64,000 nucleotides of DNA, taken from assembly GCA_964016885.1 (NCBI GenBank), contig OZ024745.1, positions 44,330,001 through 44,394,000 on the forward strand, written 5' to 3'. The stretch's first letter is position 1. Each line of letters begins with the position of its first letter. Both the position numbers and the translations under genes were made by a program. Source of the DNA: Eledone cirrhosa (lineage: Eukaryota). Below, piece after piece: positions 13,810 to 26,694 of the stretch. Under the pieces are notes generated by a model, which did not search any database, was not told the origin of the DNA, and saw nothing but the letters and a program-made list of their open reading frames with translations.

Positions 13810-14979
13810 CTGAAATAGAATATAGGTGAAGTATATTGAGACAGTCAGTGATGTAATGTACTTAAGAAAAGTATAAATCTCAATTCATATCATCATCATT
13901 TTTATATCATATCCATTTTTCCATGCCTGCATGAGTTGGATGGGGTTTTTCTTGTTAATTGAGAACACTTTCTATAATTTTCTTGATCTTCCACTTCGAT
14001 TGCTTATCACTTCTTTATTCAACTGTTATCGTTCATAAGCATCTCGTGCCTGTACCATAACAATCTTTTTTCTTTCATGCTCCACTTAATTCTTTTTACA
14101 CTAAGTTTTTTTTATCAGCTAATTTGTGCTCTATTATTCTTACATTATACATCCAGTGAGATTCGCTTATGTCATTTCTTTCTAACTCTTCACACATCCT
14201 CTACATACAGTATCCATATGTTCCAACCATGCAATAATGTGCTTCATACACAAGCATCATAAACAAATTGCTGTTCACTCAGAAAAAGTATCCTCTTATT
14301 CCCGGCAGATGCAATAGCTCCAGGGAATAATTAACTCCTCTATATAACAGTTGTTTTCTGGTCTATGTAAGAAATTAATACAATGAAATATGGTATGGGT
14401 TATGATATCTTCTCAGGAGAGAAAAAGATAGAACTAACATGTAGAGAATATAGATATCAGCAAAGTAACTAACTACACGGCGACACTTTTCCACCGGTAC
14501 TCCCAGCTTGTCGGCTTGCGTGTTCGTTACTCGAGACACCATTCGTCATCCCAGACGTTGTATGTTCGGAAAAATTGTTCGTGAACAGATTTGTTCGTGA
14601 TGCGAGGCGTTCGTGAGCTGAGGCTCCACTATATATATATATGAAACAATTATTTATGAGATGAAGATGAAAGCAAGTATCTTGTCAGATGCTCTATACT
14701 TAATTTAAAAAAACTGAACGCATAGCGATTTGTTGTTGTTAATCTTATTAATTTAAGTGAATAAAAGTTATGATAATTACCACATGTGGTTGGAATGAGA
14801 TAGCTTTAACGTCGAAAAATAGTAAAACGTTTATGTAAACACTAAGAATGTGATGAAACAACTTGTAATATTATGGTGATATCAGAATAAAAGAAGACAA
14901 ATAACATATCTAATCAGAAAAAATGTTACATAGAACTACATTGCAATAAATTAAGACTAGAAAAAATAGAATATATTAC

Positions 14980-15033
14980 CTGTCCTTCTCCTAAGAACTC
15001 TATTTTCTCATAACGCCGCTGTTTTTCTGCCAT
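14980..15033 (-). CDS. CDK7: CDK7 coding exon 1
   Basis: MAEKQRRYEKIEFLGEGQ (start of Gly-rich loop), followed by a GT donor. Confidence 0.93.
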
Positions 15034-15137
15034 TGCCAATGCCTCTCTCTCGCTAACCTCTTCAGTTTCGTAACCTTTTCTACTTCCGGGCACTCTCTAT
15101 ACAAATTCTATTCTTTAAGAAATTTTAAAATCCTCTT
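15034..15137. promoter_or_regulatory. Bidirectional promoter between CDK7 and REXO2
   Basis: 104 bp between divergent ATGs; ETS/GABP motif ACTTCCGG at 15082-15089 and a second CTTCCGG at about 15146-15152. Confidence 0.75.
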
Positions 15138-15281
15138 ATGAATATCTTCCGGTGTCTGCGAACATTATCTCCTTTACTCTTAAAATATCAACGTGGAGTT
15201 CTACATTACCCGTTATTCAACCAATATATTCACAGCATGTCAGACTCTATTAATGAACGTATAGTGTGGGTGGATCTGGAG
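15138..15281 (+). CDS. REXO2: REXO2 (oligoribonuclease) exon 1, with putative mitochondrial presequence and second in-frame ATG at 15237
   Basis: MNIFRCLRTLSPLLLKYQRGVLHYPLFNQYIHS-MSDSINERIVWVDLE; begins the ExoI motif WVDLEMTG. Confidence 0.9.
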
Positions 15282-15701
15282 GTATTTATTTATCCATTCT
15301 TTCTTTAGTTTGTAACACACTCAACTAATAAACAACAAGTGTATGTCCTAATAAAAAATAAAGTGAAAGTCAATTGTAACTGAAATGAAACCAAAAAAAT
15401 ATAAACGGAATTGATGAAAACAAAGTAAAATTATTATACAAATTGGTCACCGCTGCCCGTAACGAAGAGGAGCGAAAGATAACCAAGTATTGAGACTTCA
15501 GTGACTGCTTTCTTTTCGTGCTGATTACCCATCGAGATCTTCGGTATTCTCCGTCTCTGAACTGCTGTTTTCCTCTGCAAAATCCGGAAGTGTCAACCCG
15601 CTTGAGGAATGAGTTAAGGTTGTGTTGCTGACAGTTCTGTACAGCAATGCCATTGACATTTTGTCCCTGGGGTACAACTGAGATACACCACCCAGCCAAG
15701 G

Positions 15702-15990
15702 TGGAGGGACGTGGCCTAGTGGTAAGGTTGTAGGACATACAATCATAATTTCGTCGGTTCGATTCTTGGACTGGGTTGTGTGTAGTGCTCTTGAGCAAAA
15801 CACTCCATTTCACGTTGTTCTAGTATATTTATCTGAACATGAGTAGCAGCAATAGCTGGGGTTTAACCCTGCGATGGATTGGCGTCATGTCCAGGAAGGA
15901 GTCTTATACTCCCAGTCGCTTCACGCCACTGGAATCGGGATAAGCACGAGCCTAATGAGCCTCAGGGCTCGAGGCAGACTTTTTTTTTAC
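15702..15990 (+). mobile_element. tRNA/CORE SINE family C with V-domain-like segment (other copies at about 16850-17130, 22800-23065 and 48490-48660 on minus)
   Basis: A/B boxes; AACCCTGCGATGGATTGGCGTCATGTCCAGG segment. Confidence 0.7.
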
Positions 15991-17319
15991 TTTGAAGGGT
16001 TTAGGGTGTGGCTCTATTACACACTACAACAGGGAATGTTGGTGTTTCCTTCTAAACAATTTTGAGACAAGCCATGACACTAAGGGCTTTACTTTAGGTG
16101 ATAGTAAGGCCAAGGACCTGAAATAGCCAATCATCATTTTGAGCATCACCTGATACTTCAGTAAGGTAAGCTGCTAGAAATATCAAAAACCTTAGTTCCA
16201 CTACTATCATCATTGTCGTTTCAACGAGCGCTTTCTCTGAAAGAAAGGGTTGGACGGGTCTATGTCCGTACTGAAGCGGAGCCAGTGATCTCCCAGGTAG
16301 GCCAGGGATCTGTGTCTCGCTTATGTACGGTCTCACATTCCATCAAGTGCTCAGGAGAAGTTGTCATTCCTTGAACACAACTGAGGGACACCCCACCCTT
16401 TGTTTGGTAAGATTTCTATGGCTGGATGCCCTTCCTATCACCAACCACTTTACAGCGTGTATTGGGTGCATTTATCGTGTGAATCACCAACATTCATCTA
16501 AAAATAGTGACCCCTGCTTCTGGAATGTGAGATGTAGTAAAAGAGTTGCTGATATTGGCATCCTACAAAGGGAAAAGGATAAGACCATCAGGATTATTCC
16601 CACCAACTCTTCACAGTCTGGCTGGTTTCAGAATTTAGGGGTCATTGACTCTGGCTGTGGCCTGTTATTAGCTTCAACTTGATGTGGCAAACAAAACAAC
16701 CTGCATTTAGTTGACATAATTACTGGCAATTGACTGGAAAATGGTAAATGGTGAAATAAAACTAAATAAATGTAGATAATATTTTAACCCTAGCAAGATC
16801 TTCAAAACATTACAAAAAAGAATTGTTTAGCATTTTGCTAGCGTCTAAAGTCTGTCTCAAGCCCGGAAGCTCATTAGGTCAGTGCTTATCCTGGTTTCCT
16901 TGGTGTTAAGCGACTGAGAATACAAGACTCCCCACTGAACAGGACGCCAGTCCATTGCAGGGTTAAACCCCTAGCTACTGCTGCTACTCATTTTCAGCTA
17001 AGTATACTGGAGCAACTTGAAATGAAGTGTTTTGCTCAAGAACACAACACACAACCCAGTCCAGGAATCAAACCCATGACACTATGATCATAAGTCTAAC
17101 AATTTAACCACCAGGCCCTGTGCTTTCATCTTTAAAAGTACTGAAGGTCTCAAAATATCATATCCTTTTCTTTTTACATGTTTTATATGTACAATATAAA
17201 ACCCAATAAAGAACCAGAAAAACGAAGAACTATTTATAAATAATTAAGGTTACATTTGTTCATTATTTGATATAGTCATTTGTGTTTAATAAGATATTGA
17301 TTTCTTTCTTCACTGGCAG

Positions 17320-17403
17320 ATGACTGGGCTTGATGTAGAGAAGGATAATATTCTTGAAATAGCCTGTATTGTCACAGACAGTCAGTTGAATATAATAGCT
17401 GAG
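17320..17403 (+). CDS. REXO2: REXO2 exon 2
   Basis: [28 protein letters not shown]; cag/gtaagt borders. Confidence 0.96.
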
Positions 17404-17743
17404 GTAAGTAGACAATTGATTAAAGTATCATATTTAACCCTTTTCATACCAAAGCCCCTGAAACCGCCCATGATTTTATGATACAAAACCTTTCATTTTG
17501 AAAACCTTCCATCATAATTTTATGTAAAAACTTTCAAGTTACATTCCAAACACCAACTAAATAATGCCGAAGTTAGTTATTTTACTTAATCCTTCCTCAT
17601 TCTTGATTATTTAAAGAATTATTTGAAATTCATAGAAAATGTCTTTCATTTGAAATTTGGTACTGAAACGATCGAAGTAAAGAAAAATATAAATGTTGAT
17701 ACTATAATTAATTGCTCTCATATCTCCAAAAGAGTCTTTAGAA

Positions 17744-18235
17744 TCATCATCACTGTTTAATGTCCATTTTTTCATGCTAGCATGGTTAGACGAGTTGTCC
17801 TGTTGTGAGAAATGCCATGTCAGGTCACTGTGCTTAGCTCATCAGAACTACTTTGGGTTTGGTTTCTACAGCTGGATGCCCTTCCTAACGTCAACATTTG
17901 CACAGTAAAGTGATCGTGTGTAGGTGTCACAATAAAAAGCACCCAGCCCACACTGTAAAGTGGTCAGGTGGGAGTCACAACAAAAAGCACCCAACCCACA
18001 GTAAACTGGTCATGTAGATGTCGACAAAAAACACCCAGCACACACTGTAAAGTGGTCATATAGGTGTCATGACAAAAAGCCCTCAGCCCACACAGTAAAC
18101 TAGTCATGTAGGTGTCACGACAAAAAGCACCCAGCACACACTGTAAAGTGGTCATGTAAGTGTCATGATAAAAAGCCCTCTGCCCACACTGTAAAGTGGT
18201 TGTGTAGGTGTCACAAGAAAAAGCATCTAGCTATA
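17744..18235. repeat. RTE-3'UTR-related element with about 48-bp internal tandem repeats and an orientation switch
   Basis: About 7 units of CACACTGTAAAGTGGTCATGTAGGTGTCACAACAAAAAGCACCCAGC on plus; 3' tail on minus. Confidence 0.75.
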
Positions 18236-18430
18236 AAACTCAATACCTGCTTGCATCCTTTATTTCTCCAATAGACCATAGTGAGATGTGAGCTTTAGTT
18301 GCACGTGTGCCTTTTTGAATGCTTTGTTGTTTGTTTCAGTTCTCAGCATTCTAAGTTCAAACCCTGCTGAGGTCAACTTTGCCTTTCACCTTTACAAGGT
18401 TGATAAAAACAGTACCAGTCCAGTACTGGG

Positions 18431-18469
<39 letters not shown>

Positions 18470-18875
18470 AAGAAGAAAACGAAACCAGCTGTATTCTGAC
18501 CTGGTGAGTAGATTGACTCTTATCATCATCATTAAAAAATATGCCCAAGAAATGGTGTGTGTCACTACTGTACCCATGCAATTCTACCAAGAAAGAATTA
18601 ATGGTGTTTAATAAATATTCAGCACTAGTGATAGGATATGAATTATTACTCCCTTGGTAAATAAAATTTAATTATGTCACATTGTATCCTTCATATAATG
18701 AAAAAAGAGTAAAAAAAAATAAAATTAGATTTTTTTTTCCAATAATTCAAATAGTGATATTTTATATTTATCCAATTATACTGTGCCAAATATGTTTTTT
18801 TTTTTTTAAAGAATAATTGAGTTGAATCATTTCTTGTTCTTCATCATAACTTTGAATTGAATTTCCTCTTGTCAG

Positions 18876-18953
18876 GTTTCCCCAATGGTAATACACCAGC
18901 CAGATAATGTGCTTAATAGTATGGGTGAGTGGTGTCAAGTACACCATGGGAAG
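18876..18953 (+). CDS. REXO2: REXO2 exon 3
   Basis: VSPMVIHQPDNVLNSMGEWCQVHHGK; cag/gtaagt borders. Confidence 0.95.
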
Positions 18954-21882
18954 GTAAGTTATCTCTTCAAGAAGAATTATCTTCTAATTTTGTTCTGTTG
19001 GAGGTTGTAAATGTGATGGCATTAAAAAGTTCTCTATTTGCATATGAATTGTTAGACAAATCCAGATAATATTTGAACTGTTAATCACACATTTTATCAA
19101 TCTAATTTTCAGTCAAACAATCTTAGACAAGCAGAAAAATATTCTTTGTTGAAAGAACTCTTTAGTAATCAATATATCTATCATCATTTAATGTCTTTTC
19201 CCTGCTAGCCAGTTTTAGAAGTGTTGTCACAGACTGAATCAGTACTCAAGCAGAGGTACTGAGCACTCAGACCGAGGGATAAATTACAATTTTTGAAGAC
19301 CTGGGGAGAGAGAAAAAAAAAAGTTAAAATATTACCCAAAATTTAAGATTTTATAAAGTAATGATACTGTAATGTATGTGAGTTTGTTATTGCAAATGAA
19401 CATATTTGTTTTGATCACAAATTTGTATCTGAAGAAAAACAAACGCGATTAGTTTCATAAATCTATTTAATAAATTGCACACAATTGGCATACATGGAAT
19501 ATAATTGAAGGAAGTCATAAAGAAGCTGTGCACAAACAATATTTCTTGCTTAGAATCAGAAACAACAGCAAATTCTGATATCTCTTCTTTGTTTATATCC
19601 TTTTCAATGGGAGAGTTATAAACAAAGGGCAACAATCCAAAATAAGCTTTTGGAGTTACTTCTCTTCAAGCTAATTTACGAAGCATTGAAGGTTAGTATT
19701 TCGGGGAAAAGGAAAATTGGATACATTTCCTACAGACAAGATTTCTCTGGAAATGTTATAGAAAAATATAAAGCTGTTAGTATAAATGAAGCTGTCTATC
19801 TAATATGTGACTATTAATATAAATGAAGCTGCCTATCTAATACGTAACTGTTAATATGAATGAAATTGTCTTCCTATATGTATACATAGCAAGATATGTG
19901 GCTGGACAATCAGTTGTAGACATCTAAGGAGACAGAAAGGACTACAACTTGGGGAGTCAACGTGACCTTTAGCTGCAACAGTTACCTAGTCTTTTGGTAT
20001 AAAATATATTGAATTTTCAATTTTGTATTCTCATTTATTTGTTTTATAAATGAGCCTATTTTTTCATATAATTTTAGACTTTTGGTATAAGTTTTCATCA
20101 TCGTCATCGTTTAACATCCGTTTTCCTTGTTAGCAAAGGTCGTATGGGTTGTCAGAGATCAGTCAGTATTCAAGTACAGCTACTGATCTCTCAGATGAGT
20201 TGGGAGTTTGCATCTTGCTTATATATGTTCCTGCACTCTACCGAGTGCGTTTTATCATGGCATTAGCGCTAGGGAGGTTGTTGGTCATTGACTCAACTGA
20301 GGAGCCTTCTGCATAAGTGACAGTGCTGGTGCCATGATAATATGCACCAAGGACACTGTAAGGTGGTTGGTGCTAAGAAGGACATCTAGCCACAGAAACC
20401 ATATCGAATATGGAAAGTATGAGAGCAAGAAGGGTGGGTCCAATCCATCTGGTCTTGAACTGTGACAACCTGTCCAATCCATGTCAACATGGAAAGCGAA
20501 TGTAAAATGATGATGATAATGATTAGAAAGGAAAGGAATGGCAGTTCTCATGTCCCTTTTCATGGTCTCCAATTTTGGTAGGAGAGAAGAAAGTATTCTC
20601 AAGCTGGAAACCTGATGAAAATGATTGGAGCAGAGTAGAGTCTGCTGTTAAACAAAGTGATGGATTAAGTCTGTGGCTGTATTATGTCCATAAATAAGAC
20701 AATTCTTACTGGATCAGTTGTCCTGTCTATAAATATGATCAATATGTCCCTTCTTGCAGCTCACTACTATAAAGAGTGTAAAAACCCCCTTTGGTCATAA
20801 ATGACCATGGGATTTGCACTTAGAAAGTTCCCATTCAAGGCAAGGTGTTTTTGTGGAAGACCAGCAGTTGCCCATGCCTATCAATTTCCCATCTTTACAC
20901 CGCCAATGTTGGGAATGATGAAAGCCAATACAGCTTGGCACCAGTGACATCACAACTCATTTCTACAGCTGAGTGAACTAGAGCAACGTGAAATGAAGTG
21001 TCTTGCTCAAGGACGCAACACACTGCTCTGTCGAGGAATTGAACTCACAACCTCATGATTGTTATTCCAACTCTAATTACTAAGCTATGGGCTTTCCCTT
21101 TATTATCTTAACATGCTCTAAAATAAGGTCATCCTTAGAAAGTTGCTGAAGTACTTAGCCTTAGATCAGTGTTTTCAATCATCTTTTTCAGCCCTCGTAT
21201 TGAATCCAAACACTCGTTCTCATTATGCGCCTGGTGAATATCTTTTTTACAAAGAATTCCACAATGAGGAATTGAATTTTCCATATGTTGACCTATAAAA
21301 GGATAGACTTGTCTGATACATCATCATCATCATCATTATAAATAAAAAAGATTCTTTGAATCAAAGAGTTGTTATATTTGAGTAGCTAAGTTGTTCACTG
21401 TATAATCTATTTATATTATTCTCAACATTACTCAGTTCACTTAATTCACTTCTATTATGCAAAACTATTTTATGTGTATATTTTTATGTAAATATCATTA
21501 TTTTCTGTAAAAATCTTTAAGTTAAGTTATACTCCAAACACCAGCTAAATAAAGAGAATATTAGTGATATTACTAAATCCTTCCACATTCTTAATTATTT
21601 GAAAATTATACAGACGTTTTCATTAGATATATAGTAACAAAAGAGTTACTGTCCAACATCAACTGCACAAATATTTAAAATCCTTTTTCAAAATATTCAT
21701 ATAAATGTCAACATTTTTAGAAATAACCAGCCTTAGCTAATATATAAAATAGATTTTAAAAAAGTTAAAATGTGAAACATATTTTATTTAATAAAACACT
21801 TCTCTTCTCTATTTTTGAATTCTATTTTTGAATTTTATTTTATAGAGTGGTTTGAATTCTATTTTTGAATTCTATTTTATAG

Positions 21883-22103
21883 AGTGGTTTGACTGCAGCA
21901 GTAAGAAACAGCAAAACTACCTTGCAATCAGCTGAAGAAAAGTTATTGACATTTATGAAACAACATGTTCCAGAAAAGAAATGCCCCCTGGCTGGAAATT
22001 CCATTCATATGGACAAACTGTTTCTTATGAAATATATGCCAAACTTTATTGAATTCCTACATTATCGTATTATTGATGTCAGTAGTGTGAAAGAATTATG
22101 TCG
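21883..22103 (+). CDS. REXO2: REXO2 exon 4
   Basis: [10 protein letters not shown]...[20 protein letters not shown]...[15 protein letters not shown](R). Confidence 0.96.
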
Positions 22104-22379
22104 GTAAGAATTGATACTTAATCTGCCAGATTTTTTATTGCTAATCTGTTAAAATATATTCCTACTATTTATTTTAATGTATATCTTTATAAACAATAGA
22201 GCATGGATAAACTGAGAGAAAAACTGGATATGTAAGAGGAATCGGATGTAGTGTGCAAGAGAGAAGACTGACTGTTTTGCATGGACATGTGATGTGTATG
22301 GATTATGGTCATTCAACATTTGAAAAAATTATTGACTTAAGATATCTTTCTATTTTTTTTTCTAATTTCATATCATGAG

Positions 22380-22433
22380 ACGTTGGTATAAAGCTGAGTT
22401 TCACAACACCCCACGAAAATCCCTATCTCACAG
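22380..22433 (+). CDS. REXO2: REXO2 exon 5
   Basis: RWYKAEFHNTPRKSLSH(R); GAG acceptor, gtaaag donor; phases consistent. Confidence 0.88.
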
Positions 22434-24356
22434 GTAAAGTACTCAATTTGTTGATAATTACAAGCACTAATTAAGTACTGCAGAACATTAATAAGTTACT
22501 TACTTAAATAGTTTTTAACCATTTCACTGCACTTAAAGATGTTTATAGTATTTTGAAAACATGAACAGTACTTCATCTCCTTCTCCCATCCTGTTAAATC
22601 TAAAGTTGTGTACATACATATCAATGTAATGTTTAGCTGAAGAATTATTTCTCAAATCACAATTTATGTAGAGAATCCTGATTTCTTAAGTTAATGAGTG
22701 GTTTCTCAGCTCATTAAAAGTAATCAAATCACATGTTATCATCTTATAAAAGAAGGACACATTAGATAAAGTACTCCTAGATGTTAAAGTTAAAAAGTTA
22801 AAGTTTATCTTGAGCCCAAAGGCACATCAGTTTCCGTGGTGTGAAGTGACTGAGAGTACATGACTCCTCCCTGGACAGGATCCCAGTCAAACGCAGAGTT
22901 ACCTCCCCAAGTTATTGCTGGTACACATTTTCAGCTGAGTATACTAGTATACTACAGCAATATGAAATAAAGTGTTTTGCTCAACACAGCATGCAACCCA
23001 GTCCAGGAATCGAACCCACAACATTATGATCATAATTCCTTATTACTAGGCCATGCGCCTCCACATATTCCTAGATGCATTGGGGCCTAAACTAAACACA
23101 TTAAATTATATGTCTGCTTGATTACCTCTGACCTTTGGCTAAACTGTTGCACCAACAACCTTATATATTAGTCTATTTCAATTTAAGACATTTTTCATTC
23201 TCTTATAGGTACAATAAAGTTGGTAGATTGGCAGTATTGGTAGAGTGTTGGACAACATGCTTTGTGACATATAGTTATGGCTCTTTACATTCTGAGTTTA
23301 ATCCCACTGGGGTTAGCTTTGCCTTTCATCCTTACAGGGCCGATAAAATAAAGTACCAGTAATGCACTGGTGTTGATTTAATCAACTTTCCCCTCCTCCA
23401 AATTTGTTGGCTTTGTGTTGAAATCAGAATCCATTATAATAGGCACAATAGCTGTGAGTTAGAGTACCCAATGGAGCCTGTATATGATTTCCTAAGCTAC
23501 TAGAAATAGTAACTAAATTACAAACTATCATCATATAAAATATAAAATAGTCACAGTTGGAGCACTGGAGCACTTTAAATCATAGATCTTTTCAATCAGG
23601 TTTGACCTTGGGCTAAACAACAACAACTTCGTCTGTCTATCGTTCATTTCAGTCAATAAAATTCACTTATCTCATATTCCTTTTTCTATGATAATAACAA
23701 TAGTTGTAAGTTAGGGTGCATGACTACTCAGTAGAGAACCATTTATATAAATCCTGCTCTAATATTGAATTATAGTGTTAAATACACCCTAATTATATTT
23801 AAAATTAATAAAATAAGGGTTAGCTGTTGGAAGGGTATCCAGCCATAGAACATTGTCTCAAAAACGTCTCTATGTAAGCAGAGAAAAGGCTGATATAAAA
23901 GTACTGATGATGTAAAAAGTTGTTAGGTGCCATTTGTATACAATTACCAAGTCTTATAACAGACAATTCCAAGTCTTATAACATGCAAAGAATATATTTA
24001 CTTAACATCTTTTGAGGTCTTTTAGAGAAAGTTAAAGAGACATTTTCTGTATCTCTGTCACAGCAATTAGTCTTATTGATCTCATTGAGCTATGGACTAA
24101 TTGTTGCTGGTGCAGATCATCACCAGTGTCCTCACTTTCCTGATTTAACTCCAGCTAAATATAGGATCCCCTTCTCACTTCATAATTGGAGAGGTATCCT
24201 AATAAAATATCTTGCTCCAACATATGTACAAATATTGAAAAATTAACAAAAACCTAAACAAGTTTGCTATAATTGAAAAATAGATATAAAGATATTAGAC
24301 AAATAAATTAGTATTTGTAATATAAATGTAAGCTGCAATGTGTGTAATACCATGTG

Positions 24357-24580
24357 ATCATCATCATCATCATCATTTTACGTCTGCTTTTCCCTGCTTG
24401 CAAGGGTTGGATAGGTCCTATTCAGCACAGCATCTCTCCACTTGTCACGGTCCTTCGTCATCTCCTTGGTGAGTTTCAGCGATCTGAGGTCTGCTCTCAC
24501 CACCTCCGCCCATGCTTTTCGTGGTCTACCTCTATTGTGTCTTCCCTTCACTGGGACTTCCTGACACTTCTTCACCCAGA
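24357..24580 (-). mobile_element. RTE LINE 3' fragment
   Basis: GRHNRGRPRKAWAEVVRADL..RDKWR followed by (GAT)n tail. Confidence 0.85.
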
Positions 24581-24644
24581 TATAAAGCAATTAGATAAAT
24601 AGTATTTGTATTATAAATATGTGTAATGATATTTTATATTATAG

Positions 24645-24711
24645 AGGACAAGAAGACATCAAAGAAAGCATTCAAGAACTTCAATATTATAAAATGAAGA
24701 TTTTTAAATGA
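24645..24711 (+). CDS. REXO2: REXO2 terminal exon 6
   Basis: GQEDIKESIQELQYYKMKIFK*; completes the ExoIII HxxxxD motif; AATAAA at 24824-24829. Confidence 0.9.
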
Positions 24712-25059
24712 AATTCCAAAAATAACTTTCTTTAATATGGAGCTACAGATATGAATTTTTCGCCAACCATCTGACTTCTGGTTTTGAAAATAATTTATAA
24801 TCTGTATTTTTTTCTTTTTGCTAAATAAACAAATTATATAAAATAACATATATATTCATATATAAACTTGTTGTTTAAAAATATTTTGATATCAATTGGA
24901 TGTGCTTGAATCTCTTATGGTATATATGCTCTGGTAGAAAAGTAGTTGTTTTGTGTCTTGCAACCCTTGTCTTCAGTGTTGATGTTAACCATCTATCATA
25001 ACATGTGTATGTGTGATCCCATTTTTCCAGTCATAACTTTGCTACATTTCTGTATTATT

Positions 25060-25740
25060 TGCTTTTTATCTAAAAAATGGAAATGGTATCAGCAGTCATC
25101 CGTGGAAGAGTGGCTGTAAGATTTTAGGATTGGCTTTGAAAAGGTGATATAAATAGAAGTATAAAAACAATAAAGAAGCTAGCTACCGTAAAAATCTGCA
25201 ATATTATGAGATGCAAATAAATCCATGACAACGAAACAGAAAACTTCTATAAAATATAAGTAATGTTTTGCTGTAGCTAAATCTAGTGTTAATATTACTC
25301 AATATATGACTAAAAAAAATTCAACAGAGTTGACAAAAAGCCAAATCCGAGCTGCTTATTGCTAGGCGTTTTTATGAATATTTGCAAATATTAATAATCT
25401 TTTGATAGTATGTAAGAGAGCATTTCTGAATAGTCAGATTGCTGAATAATTATCAATGAAAAGGACAACATTTTTGTATGTCATTCAGGGTGGAATAGTT
25501 TTTCATTAAAAAATAGTGATAAAAAATATCTGCAAAACACAAAATTGTTCTGTTATAACTGATGAAAGTACAGACATTTCAGTTATTCAGATTTAGTTGT
25601 GGGATACTTTGATTTGAATAAACTAAATATTGTAGACACAGTATTAGCTACTGTAGTTACTGAAAATAAAATGGCTCCTAGTCTTTACAATGCTGTCAGA
25701 TATTTATTGTGAGAAAGAAAATGTTGGTATTGTAAGCTAT
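25060..25740 (+). pseudogene. Decayed hAT transposase relic
   Basis: SVITDESTDIS motif (first catalytic Asp region; DESTDIS at 25561-25581); many stops and frameshifts. Confidence 0.6.
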
Positions 25741-26355
25741 AATTCTTCCGTGACGGACACCACAATTGGGTTTTAACCTTTTCGTTACTGTATTTCTAAT
25801 GAAATATACTGCCTATGTGGTTCAATTAATTTTCAAAATAAAATAAATTTTTTATTAGTAAGCTGATATTTAGGACATTACTGAAATGAGTAAAAGGAAA
25901 ACAATAATATATATATATTGAGAAAAAGAGAGAGATAGGGGGGAAATGCAGATTGTTTAAAATATTTTTATATAAAAACTTATGGATGGAGAGCAAAATG
26001 CTTATAGCATTTGTTCGTTAGTTTTTCACATTCTTCTTTTTCTTTTATGAATGGAATGTACATATAAGTAAATATATATTTCAATATCCTTTTCTTTCTT
26101 TTTTCTTAAATCGATGCTTTTTTTAATTCTATATTTGTAGTTTTTAAACGGGTACAATGTTATGAATAATTTTAGCTAAATGCAGTTTACTTTTGTCTAT
26201 TTTCCATATATTTTTATGTATTTCTATTTGCATATTTATGCATATTTATTTACCCACTATTATCTACAGTGGCATATGTATGCTCCCAAAATTGACCATC
26301 ATATGAAGAGTAGCACTCTAATTTATAATATATTATAATTATATTTGTTATAATA

Positions 26356-26694
26356 GAGGCACATGGCTTAGTGGTTAGAGCATTGGGCTTGCAATCGAAA
26401 GGTTGTGAGTTCAATTCTCAGACCTGGTGATGTGTTGTTTCCTTGAGCAAGACACTTTATTTTACATTGCTCCAGTTTACTCAGTTGTAGAAATGAGATG
26501 ATAGGACTGGGGTCCCTATCATTCCACTGCAAAGTGGTCGTGGAGGTGCCACGGAAAAAAAGCACCCAGCACTCACTGTAAATGAGGTTGGTGTTAGGAA
26601 GGGCATCCAGCTGTAGAAATCAAGCCAGAATCAGTTCCCGTCTCACCCTTGCAAACAGGGAAAAGCGGATGTAAAAAATGATGATGATGATGAT
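26356..26694 (+). mobile_element. SINE family B
   Basis: Near-identical to 13311-13650. Confidence 0.88.
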
